Part shown: in pieces, positions 27,740 to 37,405 of the stretch
Position numbering within the stretch: position 1 is the first letter of the stretch
Layout: every line of letters begins with the position of its first letter
Assembly (NCBI GenBank): GCA_028287765.1
Contig: JAQBPA010000229.1
Location: 1-43,573 of the forward strand
Reading direction: 5' to 3'
Length of the DNA stretch: 43,573 bases
Origin: Bacteriovoracaceae bacterium
GTDB taxonomy: Bacteria > Bdellovibrionota > UBA2394
Position numbers and translations under genes: made by a program
The notes under the pieces: model-generated
Databases searched by the model: none
Seen by the model: the letters and a program-made list of their open reading frames with translations, nothing else
Told to the model about the DNA's origin: nothing

Positions 27740-28399
27740 TTAAGCTGCGACATCAATATCGAGCTCGTCTTCAACGTCCGTGACGCCAGCTATTGACCAT
27801 GCGGCTCTTTCGGCCTCTACGCGTTCTATATAAGAGCTGACTTTTCCACGAAGGATGATTTTGCTACCCTCCGTGCTCACCTCGATATTTTTTGCATCGA
27901 GTTCGGCGCGATGCTTGATGGCTTCTTCTACCTTTTCCTTCACTTTGGTGGATGAGACACTCGATCTTATTTCGATCAAATTAATGACGCCCTTTACTCC
28001 CGTGAGACTTGCCACGGTTTGTTCAGCCTCATCTTTTTCGAAATTCCAAGTTGTCTCTCCTTCAAGGGTGACCCATCCATTTTCAACTTTGACTTTGATT
28101 TTATCTTCTGGAACTAAAATATTCCATTTCAAGGCAGAAATGGCTGCATGAGCAATATCTGTATCGCTTCGTTCATTTTCAAAAGGAAGCCTCACTTCCA
28201 GCTCGTTAGCGATGGCTTTAATTCCTGGAACACGTTCAACTACTTTTTCGGCAAGTCGCTTTTCATAATAGCTATCCACTTTTCCCGTAAGCGTGGCCAC
28301 TCCGTCTTTTACAGAAACCCCAATTTCTCTGTCTCGTAAAATAGGATCGAATTGGAATTCGTCGATCACTTGTTTTGAAATTTCAGCATCTGTTTTCAT
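27740..28399 (-). CDS. Triple BON-domain (OsmY-like) protein
   Basis: Three repeats of D-x-x-I…V-x-V-x-x-G-x-V-T-L-x-G…GV-x-x-V-x-N/D. Confidence 0.92.
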   Translation of the reverse strand: MKTDAEISKQVIDEFQFDPILRDREIGVSVKDGVATLTGKVDSYYEKRLAEKVVERVPGIKAIANELEVRLPFENERSDTDIAHAAISALKWNILVPEDKIKVKVENGWVTLEGETTWNFEKDEAEQTVASLTGVKGVINLIEIRSSVSSTKVKEKVEEAIKHRAELDAKNIEVSTEGSKIILRGKVSSYIERVEAERAAWSIAGVTDVEDELDIDVAA

Positions 28400-28923
28400 A
28401 AAGCGCCATTTCCGTTATCTGAATTTTTCACGGGCAACAACATATCCGAAACGAAAATGCATTCGAGTTCAGATTCGGCGACAACGCAGCCCTCCATATC
28501 TTTTAAAAATTCAGACCGCAGCGCACCCGTCGATAAATTAAGTTTTTTTCCAAGTGCAAAGAGTTTGAATCGATATCGGTGACTCAAGTTTTTTAGTAAT
28601 AAAAAAGGTCCGTCATAACCAATTTTTCCAAACGAGTTCATGCCTTCAAGACTTGCAAAGCTTGTTCCTGAATCATCGGCATAGAGTTCCATGTCCTCTT
28701 CTAATTCACGCACATGCGGCTGAATTTTATAAATGGCCCAGTGGAGAAAAGGTTCACCATCTGAAAGAAGATCAAGATCTTCCATCAAGAGTGCAAATTC
28801 CTTCGCTTCTACGGGTGCATCTGTCCACCGAAGAGCAGGCGAAATATTGTCGCCTGTCTTACTGTGACGCAGAGGAATTTTTTTTCCGGACTCAAGAGAT
28901 GAACTGAAAAGTTTCATGATCAT
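28396..28923 (-). CDS. YbhB/YbcL (PEBP/RKIP-like) family protein
   Basis: NISPALRW, FLHW, GYDGP, HRYRFKLFAL. Confidence 0.88.
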   Translation of the reverse strand: MIMKLFSSSLESGKKIPLRHSKTGDNISPALRWTDAPVEAKEFALLMEDLDLLSDGEPFLHWAIYKIQPHVRELEEDMELYADDSGTSFASLEGMNSFGKIGYDGPFLLLKNLSHRYRFKLFALGKKLNLSTGALRSEFLKDMEGCVVAESELECIFVSDMLLPVKNSDNGNGAL

Positions 28924-28925
28924 TT

Positions 28926-29207
28926 TTACTTTTTATTTTTTAAAGATTTACCTTTATTTTCGATATCCTTTGCAAGGAGTTGATATTCGATAACGACCAT
29001 ATCCCCGACTTTGGGATTTCGAACGCCTGTTGTATTTGGATCTGTATCGATCACTATTTTTTCAGGTCCTTCCTGAATGACAAAACCTCTGTCGGTGACT
29101 TCGATCACGGGTCCCGAAATTTTGTTGCCTGAGGTTTGAGCTGCGAACACAGTGCCAGTATAAAAAAGTATGAGAGTTGACATTAATTTTATAAGAATTA
29201 TTTTCAT
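28926..29207 (-). CDS. Small secreted OB-fold-like protein
   Basis: Signal peptide; GPVIEV…KVGDMVVIEY; AAAGGA RBS. Confidence 0.65.
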   Translation of the reverse strand: MKIILIKLMSTLILFYTGTVFAAQTSGNKISGPVIEVTDRGFVIQEGPEKIVIDTDPNTTGVRNPKVGDMVVIEYQLLAKDIENKGKSLKNKK

Positions 29208-29332
29208 TTTAATTTTTCCTTTATTTTTTTATATTTGATTTCTCGTTGGTTTTTTGAATGTTTTCAATTCCATCAGTGCTTGCACCTGCTCCACTTCAAA
29301 GCTTACAGCCGACTAGTTTACGATCTACTAAG

Positions 29333-29896
29333 TTAACGTGACATATTTGTAGATGGCGAAAAAGAAGCCAGGCTTAAAAGACTTATCCCGTAAACGATGA
29401 GATCGATTCCAAGGAACAGCCCCGGAATAAAAATTAAACTCATAGGCCAATGCATGATAATGAGTGCAGCAAGAAAGAGTGAAAGTATTCCGCTAAACAA
29501 AGTCCATCCTCGACGCGCGGGCTGCAGCGATACGGCAAAACTAATTCTTGAAAATCCAGAAATAATGAGTAGTACGGTGATTAAGAGGGTCAGCGAGACT
29601 AGTCCCGCTCCGGGAAAAATCCACATCGAAACACCTGCTAAAATCCACAAAATTCCGATGATCGCGTGACCAATAACTTCGCGCCATCGAGTGTTCCGAG
29701 ACGCATGTACTAAAAAGATCACGCCGTCGATCATGAGAATGGCGCCCAGAAACGTTGCAGAAACTAAGCTCGCAAAATAAACATCTGAGAGGAATAAAAT
29801 CCCGCCTAAAATACTGAGAATGGCCAAAACAACCATTCCCCAGCGCGCGGGCCGGACTATTTGGGTTGTATGCAAATGGGATGCTGCGTTTGCCAT
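29333..29896 (-). CDS. HdeD/DUF308-family membrane protein
   Basis: Six TM segments; GWTLFSGILS, WP, GLFLGIDL; start uncertain (29896-29929). Confidence 0.85.
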   Translation of the reverse strand: MANAASHLHTTQIVRPARWGMVVLAILSILGGILFLSDVYFASLVSATFLGAILMIDGVIFLVHASRNTRWREVIGHAIIGILWILAGVSMWIFPGAGLVSLTLLITVLLIISGFSRISFAVSLQPARRGWTLFSGILSLFLAALIIMHWPMSLIFIPGLFLGIDLIVYGISLLSLASFSPSTNMSR

Positions 29897-30037
29897 AATG
29901 AAAATATTCAAACAGGAATTTTTAAACAAGAAATCCGACCTTAGTGCAAGTTCTCATCTAAGTGTGAAAAATGAAGTACGACGAAAGAAAGGTCATAGGA
30001 AACATTTGAAGCCTTTAATTTTCGTGAGGAATAACCC

Positions 30038-30847
30038 CTAGTCATAGTCGTTTTTTTTCGTTTCATCCTCGGCTTCAGCTTTACGTTCATCCTCTTCAGC
30101 TTTGCGTCGATCATTGTCGACGGAGGTCTTGTAAGCCGCAATCATTAATAGGACACGGGGATCTAGCTTATCTTTTTGATATATTTCTATCGCCCAATTA
30201 TCCTTTGGCCAACTCCATGCTCCTCTATGTAAATGGGCCAGATCTTCACCTGAGGAACTGGTCAAATTAAATTCCGTCTCTAACCATTCGGTTTTTTGAG
30301 ACTCGGCAATGATATTGTCATTTGCATCCAGAATTTTATAGGTCGTATAGGGCTTGAAAATGGATTTGAATATTTCTTCCTGAATAGCACCTATTTTTTT
30401 TCCATTCACATCTGTAACGTCAATCTTTACACCCCAGGCGAAGAATTCCTGCTTTGCGTTTGCAATAACTTGCTCGTTTGGATCTTCTAACGAAAACGAT
30501 TTAGTAAAACTGAAAACTTTTTCTCGAACTGTTCCATAAAGATGCCCGTCATCAACGATTCGCAAAGAGTCTCCCACAGTTAAAATATTTTCTTTCACAA
30601 AAAAAGAAGAAGGAAGATCGGGCACTACTGCATCTCCGAAGGTTTCCGCAACCCGCGTTGTTCCGTGTGGGAGTCGATAGTCCTTATATTCTGGACGAAT
30701 ACTAGCTACTCCAGCACCAATGGCGGCGACTAGTCCAAGACAGACAACGGCCTTCACTCTGGTCGGAGTTGTAAACGATCCAGCTTGTACAAGATTTGCA
30801 TGCAGACAAAATACGATCGAAATAATCCCTAATTTTTGTAAGCCCAT
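30038..30847 (-). CDS. LURP-one/scramblase (tubby C-terminal-like) protein with N-terminal signal peptide and hydrophobic segment
   Basis: FFVKENILTVGD, repeated F/Y-x-I-x-D-x-N-G/D-x-x-I units, DNWAIEI…DPRVLL; AGGAGG RBS. Confidence 0.75.
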   Translation of the reverse strand: MGLQKLGIISIVFCLHANLVQAGSFTTPTRVKAVVCLGLVAAIGAGVASIRPEYKDYRLPHGTTRVAETFGDAVVPDLPSSFFVKENILTVGDSLRIVDDGHLYGTVREKVFSFTKSFSLEDPNEQVIANAKQEFFAWGVKIDVTDVNGKKIGAIQEEIFKSIFKPYTTYKILDANDNIIAESQKTEWLETEFNLTSSSGEDLAHLHRGAWSWPKDNWAIEIYQKDKLDPRVLLMIAAYKTSVDNDRRKAEEDERKAEAEDETKKNDYD

Positions 30848-30945
30848 CTGCCTCCTATTTCATTTTTTTGATTAAATGTCCAAGCAGCAATATCGAAAGC
30901 AATAAATGGGCCAGAATGGGTTACTATGCCTTGCGGAAGGCGTTA

Positions 30946-30965
30946 CTTGAAAGCTGATGCTCTAC
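30946..30965 (-). repeat. Third, degenerate tRNA-Gly fragment
   Basis: CTTGA-AAGCTGATGCTCTAC; the last 15 bp are identical to tRNA 26724-26738; intergenic. Confidence 0.6.
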
Positions 30966-31003
30966 TGTTTGGGTAACACGCTCGAGTAGCTCTTAGATCA
31001 GTG

Positions 31004-31894
31004 CTACTGAATAACGCACGAGATCTCTTGGTAAAGTCGCCGGACTTTTCGCTCGAGCTGATCGTCGTAAGCTTCAACGCCTTCTTTTTCTCCAAAAACT
31101 TTTATCCAGTAGCTCTGATTAATTTTATCATAAGCATCTTGTTCCTGAGTGGTCGGAGTTGGATGCTGTTGAGCCCATTCAAGATAAAGTTGTTTCGCAC
31201 GATCAATCGCGGGAAATAAATCGGTATTTCGACGACATCCAAGTGCGAGCGGTGAGATATCCGAAAGTGTGGGTCCGTCTGGATCTTGATTGATCACCCA
31301 CTCTTCGGAGACGATGCCTCCTCCTGGCGCTTCCGAAACTAAACTCGCGAGCATTCCTGAGTCGCCCGGATGTTTTTTAAAACTTGTGCGAAGACTCCAG
31401 TAGAGATTTTCGGCGGTCGCACCAAAAAACTCGACAGATGTTTTGTCTAAATGTCCTCCCCAGGGTTTAAGCAAATTTTTTGCAAGTGAGAATGGGACTC
31501 TTATTTCGTTTGTTTGGGAATTGATGCTGCAATTAATTTGATTATTTTTTGCAAGTTCTACCAGACGAAGTTCGGCTGATTTTTTTTCTTGAGGAGTGGA
31601 CTTCTCGGAATATCTTATTTGCATATCGGCACTATCGATAGAGGGTCGAAGAACACTCAAAACACACGAAGCGTCCTTTACGTCGAGAACGTCTTTTAAA
31701 TTTTGAGCAGCTAACGCTTCGGCCCATTCAATATTTCGTTCTTTATTTTCAAGAATGAGTTTTAGAAGCTCGAGAGAACTGCTCGCTGTCATTTGAATGG
31801 CGACAGAGGGGGCTATTTCAGCCGCATCTTCTGCGTATAATGAGAATGAAAAAAGGCAGAACGTTGCTGCTATAAAATTAAAATAAAATTTCAT
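31004..31894 (-). CDS. Hypothetical secreted protein
   Basis: Signal peptide (…SLYA|ED), GGGGGG RBS, four Cys in the mature part. Confidence 0.65.
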   Translation of the reverse strand: MKFYFNFIAATFCLFSFSLYAEDAAEIAPSVAIQMTASSSLELLKLILENKERNIEWAEALAAQNLKDVLDVKDASCVLSVLRPSIDSADMQIRYSEKSTPQEKKSAELRLVELAKNNQINCSINSQTNEIRVPFSLAKNLLKPWGGHLDKTSVEFFGATAENLYWSLRTSFKKHPGDSGMLASLVSEAPGGGIVSEEWVINQDPDGPTLSDISPLALGCRRNTDLFPAIDRAKQLYLEWAQQHPTPTTQEQDAYDKINQSYWIKVFGEKEGVEAYDDQLERKVRRLYQEISCVIQ

Positions 31895-32041
31895 CTATTC
31901 CCCCCCTGCTTTTGCACTTTCTGAGTCCCCACTCAGAGCTTTCATTAAAAAGCTTATATGATTTTTTTACCTTAAAATTATTTCGATGTGTAGCCTTTCT
32001 TCCAATTGACTCGCTGTTAAGTTTGCATCGACTCTGAAGAG

Positions 32042-34576
32042 ATGAAATTTTTTTTCTTGCCCCTCCTCTCGTTTGTGATTGGCGCGAATTGCCTAACCTA
32101 CGCTAACGATAACTCCATTCCATCTTGGAAGGCTCTTGGTCCGTTTTTGGCCGCGCCTCAAGAAGGTGGAATAGATCACGTTTTTTTTCAAGGCGGGCAA
32201 GAAAATTTGCATCCGACGGATCAGGCTTATAATTCTCAGTTGGCAAAAGGGGGAGTCATCCGTTGGTTCGATGTGCCCGCTAAATCTGGCGATGTAACGG
32301 CGGTTTATCCAGGGGTCGATTGGAAGTTCTTAGGGACGATTGGAGGCCAACCGCTCAGTGTGAATCAAGGTTATTTTTACGCAGAAGTTGATCGTGCAGA
32401 CGATGAAGCGCTTTTGATTGCAACGCGAAGCGTCGGAGAATTTTTTGTGAATGGCAGGCACTTCTTTGGAGAGCCTTACAATTTTACCTTCAATAAGGTG
32501 GCGGTGCCTTTTAAAAAGGGCAAAAACAAAATTCTGCTGAAGGTTTCGTCCTATGGTGATCCAGAATTTCATTTTTCATTTGAAAAACCCCCCGCACAAG
32601 TTTTGATCCTGGATGACGTTACTGCTCCGGATCTGAGGAGTGATCAAGTTTTGAAAGAAGCATGGCTTGGTCTTCCTTTAATCAATACAACTGAAAACTG
32701 GATTCGGAACCTTCGGATTCATATTGTTGGAAATAAATTTTTTGACGAAACGACCGAGCGCATTTCTTTTCCGCTTGCACCACTATCCATCTTAAAAGTG
32801 CCGGTTCACCTGATTCAAAAGACCCTTACTTCCGAAGAAAAATCGTCATCTGTTTTGATTGAAGTCTTCTCAGGCACGGTAAAACTCAGTGAACAAAAAA
32901 TTGAATTGAGAGTGCGAAATATTTCGCATGACGAAAGTATCAAACAAACTTTTAAATCTCGAATCGACGGATCCGCTCAATATTATTCCGTTCTTTTTCC
33001 AAAAAAATTCGATCCAGCAAAATCTTACGATGCCATTATTTCTCTTCACGGTGCGAATGTTGAAGCATCGGAGCTCACTAATCATTTTGCTCCAAAAGAC
33101 TGGGCCTTTGTGATCGGTCCTACCAATCGGCGTCCGCACGGTTTTGCTTATCAGGATACTGGCCGGCTCGACGTTCTTGAAGTGATCGAGGACGCGAAGA
33201 AAAAATTTCCACTTCATTCCGAGTCACTTTACCTCGAAGGTCATTCGATGGGCGGCGAGGGGACTTGGCATTTGGGTCTCCATCATCCATCGATGTTTGC
33301 GGGACTAGCTCCATCAGCGGGATGGAGTAGCTTCCAACTTTATACGCCTTTTGTTTATCAGAAGGCGAATCTTTCCACTCCACCTCAACTTCTCTCCTTT
33401 CGAGATCGCGTTTTAATGGATTCGAATAATCCATATTTTATAGAAAATGCAGAACATCTTCCGATTTACATCACTCAGGCAGAAAAAGATGACAATGTGC
33501 CGGCGATTCACGCACGCCTTTTTTTTGAGCTCGCTAGAAATTTAGGATTGAAGGCTGAATATCGTGAAGTCGACACGGACATTCATTGGTTTACTGAGCC
33601 GCTCAATGAAGATCGAGGGTTCGATTCAATGGACCATCCTGCTCAATATGAGTTTCTTCAAAAAAACAAAGTGTCTGCATTTCCTAAAGATCTAAAATTC
33701 AGACTCATCGATTTGGGAATTGAAAAGAATTTTTATTGGGTGAGAGTAGAAGAGCAAGATAAGATTTTCACTGAAACTGAGCTCGATGTGAATATTAAAC
33801 AAAATAACGTAAAAATGGTGACCAGCAATGTGAAGGCGCTCACTCTTCATCTTTCTCGTGAACTGATTTCTTCAGACTCAGCCCGAATTGAATGGAACGG
33901 ACAAGTTGCTGAAGTCCGCATACCTGCTTCAAGAAAAATTTCATTAGAGATGAGCACAGCGGGTCTCGAAGTAAAAACAAATTATCCGGCGTCAAAACAA
34001 TTAGAGCGGCATTCCATGAAATCGGCTTTCTTTGATCCTTATGTTATTGTTTACGGCACGCTTGGCTCGAAAGAAGAAACTGAAACTCTCTATGAGTCCG
34101 CCAGGCTTTTAAACAACCGTGTTTGGAAAACCGCAAACGGATTTGCGCCTATTTTGCCCGACACCGAAGTAAGTTCTGAGATGATGAAGCAAATGAATTT
34201 AATTCTTTTAGGATCTCCCGATAGAAATTTAATTTCTAAAAAATTGGCTTCAAAACTCCCGATCAAATTTTCCAAGAAGGACATTCGCTTTGGAGTCGAA
34301 AAAATAGAAGCAAGCGATCGTGGCCTTGCGGCTGCGTTTCTTTATCCAAATCCGCTCAGTCCTTCTCATTATATAGCTGTGTTTGGGGGAACGTCAGCTG
34401 AGGCCGAAAAATTTTCTACTTGGTTTCAGCCGTTTTTTGAACGACTAGGGTTTGGAACGCCAGACTTTTTAATTTATTCGGAAGCCGTTCGTTATTCTGG
34501 ATGGGGCGGTGTCAAAGCGGCAGGTCTTTTTTCGAAAGATTGGGATCTTTTGAATCGGGACTACGCTCTTCGTTAA
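32042..34576 (+). CDS. Secreted multidomain alpha/beta hydrolase (esterase / prolyl-oligopeptidase-like)
   Basis: Signal peptide; ISLHGA, GHSMGG nucleophile, DDNV and HWF triad candidates. Confidence 0.85.
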   Translation: MKFFFLPLLSFVIGANCLTYANDNSIPSWKALGPFLAAPQEGGIDHVFFQGGQENLHPTDQAYNSQLAKGGVIRWFDVPAKSGDVTAVYPGVDWKFLGTIGGQPLSVNQGYFYAEVDRADDEALLIATRSVGEFFVNGRHFFGEPYNFTFNKVAVPFKKGKNKILLKVSSYGDPEFHFSFEKPPAQVLILDDVTAPDLRSDQVLKEAWLGLPLINTTENWIRNLRIHIVGNKFFDETTERISFPLAPLSILKVPVHLIQKTLTSEEKSSSVLIEVFSGTVKLSEQKIELRVRNISHDESIKQTFKSRIDGSAQYYSVLFPKKFDPAKSYDAIISLHGANVEASELTNHFAPKDWAFVIGPTNRRPHGFAYQDTGRLDVLEVIEDAKKKFPLHSESLYLEGHSMGGEGTWHLGLHHPSMFAGLAPSAGWSSFQLYTPFVYQKANLSTPPQLLSFRDRVLMDSNNPYFIENAEHLPIYITQAEKDDNVPAIHARLFFELARNLGLKAEYREVDTDIHWFTEPLNEDRGFDSMDHPAQYEFLQKNKVSAFPKDLKFRLIDLGIEKNFYWVRVEEQDKIFTETELDVNIKQNNVKMVTSNVKALTLHLSRELISSDSARIEWNGQVAEVRIPASRKISLEMSTAGLEVKTNYPASKQLERHSMKSAFFDPYVIVYGTLGSKEETETLYESARLLNNRVWKTANGFAPILPDTEVSSEMMKQMNLILLGSPDRNLISKKLASKLPIKFSKKDIRFGVEKIEASDRGLAAAFLYPNPLSPSHYIAVFGGTSAEAEKFSTWFQPFFERLGFGTPDFLIYSEAVRYSGWGGVKAAGLFSKDWDLLNRDYALR

Positions 34577-34653
34577 AATAGACAGACTTTTGGACGGGGA
34601 CCACGATAGCCGAAAGACTCGACAGATCGATGTCGTGAGTGCAGAGTTTTTGC

Positions 34654-35199
34654 ATGCCAACGGAATCAAAACCTATTCAACTAAATACACCTTGTCCGTC
34701 ATTCAATCTTCCGGGTGTCGACGGAAAGAATCACGATCTAAAATCATACGAGAAATCTAAAATATTGGTCGTCGGCTTTACCTGCAATCATTGTCCTTAT
34801 GTGCAGGCTTATGAAAGTCGCCTTAAAGATTTAGCTCAGGATTTTCAAACTAAGGGTGTTTCGTTCGTTTGTATTAATTCGAATGATGCGGAGGCCTATC
34901 CCGACGACTCCTTTGAAATGATGAAAAAGCGTGCAAAGGAACTCGCATTTAATTTCGATTATTTAAGGGACGAAACCCAGGAAGCCGCGAAAAAATTCAA
35001 TGCGGCCTGTACGCCTGAATTCTATGTTTACGATGAAAAGAGAAACCTCCGTTATCATGGTAGGCTCGACGATAATTACAAAGATCCACAGGCTGTGAAA
35101 ACCCGATATTTAAAGGATGCTCTCGAGGATCTGCTATCTAGTAAAGCTCCCCGCGCTCCGCAGACCGCTGCCATCGGTTGCAGCATTAAATGGCGCTGA
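34654..35199 (+). CDS. Thioredoxin-family (AhpC/TSA, PRX-like) protein
   Basis: FTCNHCPYV, INSND, CTPEFYV, YHGRLDD, GCSIKW. Confidence 0.92.
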   Translation: MPTESKPIQLNTPCPSFNLPGVDGKNHDLKSYEKSKILVVGFTCNHCPYVQAYESRLKDLAQDFQTKGVSFVCINSNDAEAYPDDSFEMMKKRAKELAFNFDYLRDETQEAAKKFNAACTPEFYVYDEKRNLRYHGRLDDNYKDPQAVKTRYLKDALEDLLSSKAPRAPQTAAIGCSIKWR

Positions 35200-35259
35200 G
35201 GATCATTTTTGGCTCAGTTTCATTGACTGCATTAGAGGCATCGGATAATTCCGTCTGGC

Positions 35260-36306
35260 TTGGGGCGAAGAATAATAACAATCCTTCTTGGGTCACAAAG
35301 AATTTCGTTTCTCGTATGCGCGTTTCTCTATTTAACGACAATTGTTTGTGCTGCTGAAATAGATTCAAGGCAGATCATTGCAAAAACGCTGAGCCCAAGT
35401 GGATGCAATAAGGCGATGTTGGCATTGGCCGAGGAGGTTTGGAAAATTTCTCAGACAGATCTTCGGGTTTTAATTTCGGGGGAGACGGGTACCGGAAAGG
35501 AAGTCGTCGCACGGCTTCTCATGGATCAGGGCCCCAGAAAGGCTCAGTCGAAAGTTCTTATCAACGTCACAACTATTCCTCCGGAACTCGTTGAATCTGA
35601 ACTTTTTGGACATATTAAGGGATCATTTACCGGCGCGATTAGGAATCGAGTGGGTAAGTTCGTTGAGGCACATAAAGGAAGTCTTTTCTTCGATGAAATT
35701 GGAGATATGCCTCTTGCAATGCAGGCAAAGTTACTACGAGTTTTGCAATTCCAGGAGGTGGTGCCAGTAGGCGGATCAGAAGATCGGTTGAAGAAGGTGA
35801 GCGTGCGGATAATCTCGGCCACCAACAAAAATCTTGAAGTAGAAGTTAAAAATCAAAGATTTCGAGAGGATCTTTTTTACCGATTAATTGGCGTGAATAT
35901 TCATATTCCGCCGCTAAGAGATCACCCAGAGGATATTCTTCCACTTGCTAAAATTCTGCTCGATAAGCACGCGGCTGAATCGAACAAAACGTTACCTGGA
36001 TTTACGAGAGAGGCGGCGAAGGCTCTTCAAAACTATCCATGGCCGGGAAATATTCGCGAACTGGATAATATGATGGAGGTACTGGCTGCTCTTTCTGCAA
36101 ATAAGAAAGAGATCCCTGCCGAAAAAATAATCTTTAAGGTGTGGCCAGATGCAGAACCAAAAGGCTTGACGCTTGTGGAGCTCGAAAGGGCACATATTCT
36201 AAAAACCTTAAGGAAAAACGATGGACAACGTGAGATAACGGCGCGTCAGTTGGGAATCGATCCGGCCACGCTTTATCGAAAATTGAAAAGATATGAAAGA
36301 TTGTAG
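35260..36306 (+). CDS. Sigma54-dependent enhancer-binding protein (AAA+ plus Fis HTH), no receiver domain
   Basis: GETGTGKE, ESELFGH, GSFTGA, FFDEIG, FREDLFYRL, WPGNIREL, TARQLGIDPATLYRKL. Confidence 0.93.
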   Translation: MGRRIITILLGSQRISFLVCAFLYLTTIVCAAEIDSRQIIAKTLSPSGCNKAMLALAEEVWKISQTDLRVLISGETGTGKEVVARLLMDQGPRKAQSKVLINVTTIPPELVESELFGHIKGSFTGAIRNRVGKFVEAHKGSLFFDEIGDMPLAMQAKLLRVLQFQEVVPVGGSEDRLKKVSVRIISATNKNLEVEVKNQRFREDLFYRLIGVNIHIPPLRDHPEDILPLAKILLDKHAAESNKTLPGFTREAAKALQNYPWPGNIRELDNMMEVLAALSANKKEIPAEKIIFKVWPDAEPKGLTLVELERAHILKTLRKNDGQREITARQLGIDPATLYRKLKRYERL

Positions 36307-36364
36307 GTTCTGTGCCCATTCGAAATTCGTTTGTGCTCGCATCGGTTTTCGATAAGCTAACGCT

Positions 36365-37402
36365 ATGGATAAAAAGCGGGTTCTATTTCTCATCGGCGGA
36401 AGATCGGGAGAACATGAGATTTCTCTCATCTCCGGAAAAAATATATTAGCAGCGCTCGATCGAAAACTCTTTGAACCGATTCTGGTGATCATTCAAAAAA
36501 ATGGCGAAATGACTTTTGCCGAAGAGAGCGAACTTCAAAAACTTCCTAAGAATCCAAAGGAAATCAAAACTCCCAAGGGAATTCCTATTTCTCTTCGCCC
36601 CTATTCTTTGAAAGGGGCTCAACCGTCTATCTTAGTAAATTCAGAAGTTCATGAATTTGATGTCGCCTTCCCGGTTTTGCACGGACCGGGCGGAGAAGAT
36701 GGAACGATTCAAGGGCTGTTTGAGCTCGCTCAAATTCCAGTTGTGGGCTGCGGCGTGAAAGCATCGGCGATTTGTATGGATAAAGGAATGACCAAGCATC
36801 TCTGCATTCAAGCAGGCCTTCCTGTCATTCCCTTTAAAGAAATCCATCGTGGCGAAAAATGGGAAAAATTCCCGTGGGATTTTCCACTCTTCGTAAAACC
36901 TGCGAGTCTCGGAAGTAGTCTAGGTGTTTCAAAAGTAAAATCGCAGAGCGAACTTGAGAAGGCGATTAAAGAAGCGCTCTCGATGGATGAAAAAATTTTG
37001 GTTGAGCCTGCGATTTCTGGTCGAGAGCTTGAGATCGCGCTTCTTGGAAAAAGAGGCGAGCTCGTCGCAAGTCCTGTGGGCGAGATTAAACCGTGCGCTG
37101 AATTTTATTCTTATGATGCGAAATACGTCGATCCGGACGGAGCGGAACTCATTTTGCCAGCGCCTCTTTCATCCGAAGATCTGAAAAAATTCCAGGAGAT
37201 CGCTAAAAATATTTTTAATGCGCTCGATTGTCGTGGAATGGCACGTATTGATTTTTTTAGAACTGAAAAAGGTGAGTTTTTACTCAATGAAGTGAATACG
37301 ATTCCTGGATTCACTTCGATCAGTATGTATCCGAAGCTTTTGCAGCTGGCGGGGATTTCTTATTCGGATCTCATCACCAAACTTATTCAGCTCGCACATT
37401 AA
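36365..37402 (+). CDS. ddl: D-alanine--D-alanine ligase
   Basis: GGRSGEHEISL, LHGPGGEDG, GSSLG, FYSYDAKY, NEVNTIPG. Confidence 0.96.
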   Translation: MDKKRVLFLIGGRSGEHEISLISGKNILAALDRKLFEPILVIIQKNGEMTFAEESELQKLPKNPKEIKTPKGIPISLRPYSLKGAQPSILVNSEVHEFDVAFPVLHGPGGEDGTIQGLFELAQIPVVGCGVKASAICMDKGMTKHLCIQAGLPVIPFKEIHRGEKWEKFPWDFPLFVKPASLGSSLGVSKVKSQSELEKAIKEALSMDEKILVEPAISGRELEIALLGKRGELVASPVGEIKPCAEFYSYDAKYVDPDGAELILPAPLSSEDLKKFQEIAKNIFNALDCRGMARIDFFRTEKGEFLLNEVNTIPGFTSISMYPKLLQLAGISYSDLITKLIQLAH

Positions 37403-37405
37403 AAA

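Noticed and set aside
34577-34640. Hairpin CTCGACA…TGTCGTGAG upstream of the thioredoxin gene as a riboswitch
   Set aside because: No match to riboswitch consensus sequences I know; too short; an Infernal/Rfam search would be needed
35617-35640. GSFTGA as a sign of an inactive sigma54 activator
   Set aside because: The Ala-to-Ser change is a common natural variant, and the key F and T are kept
36365-37402. VanA-type D-Ala-D-Lac ligase
   Set aside because: The omega loop has Tyr (YDAKY) as in ordinary Ddl, and no vanH/vanX genes are adjacent
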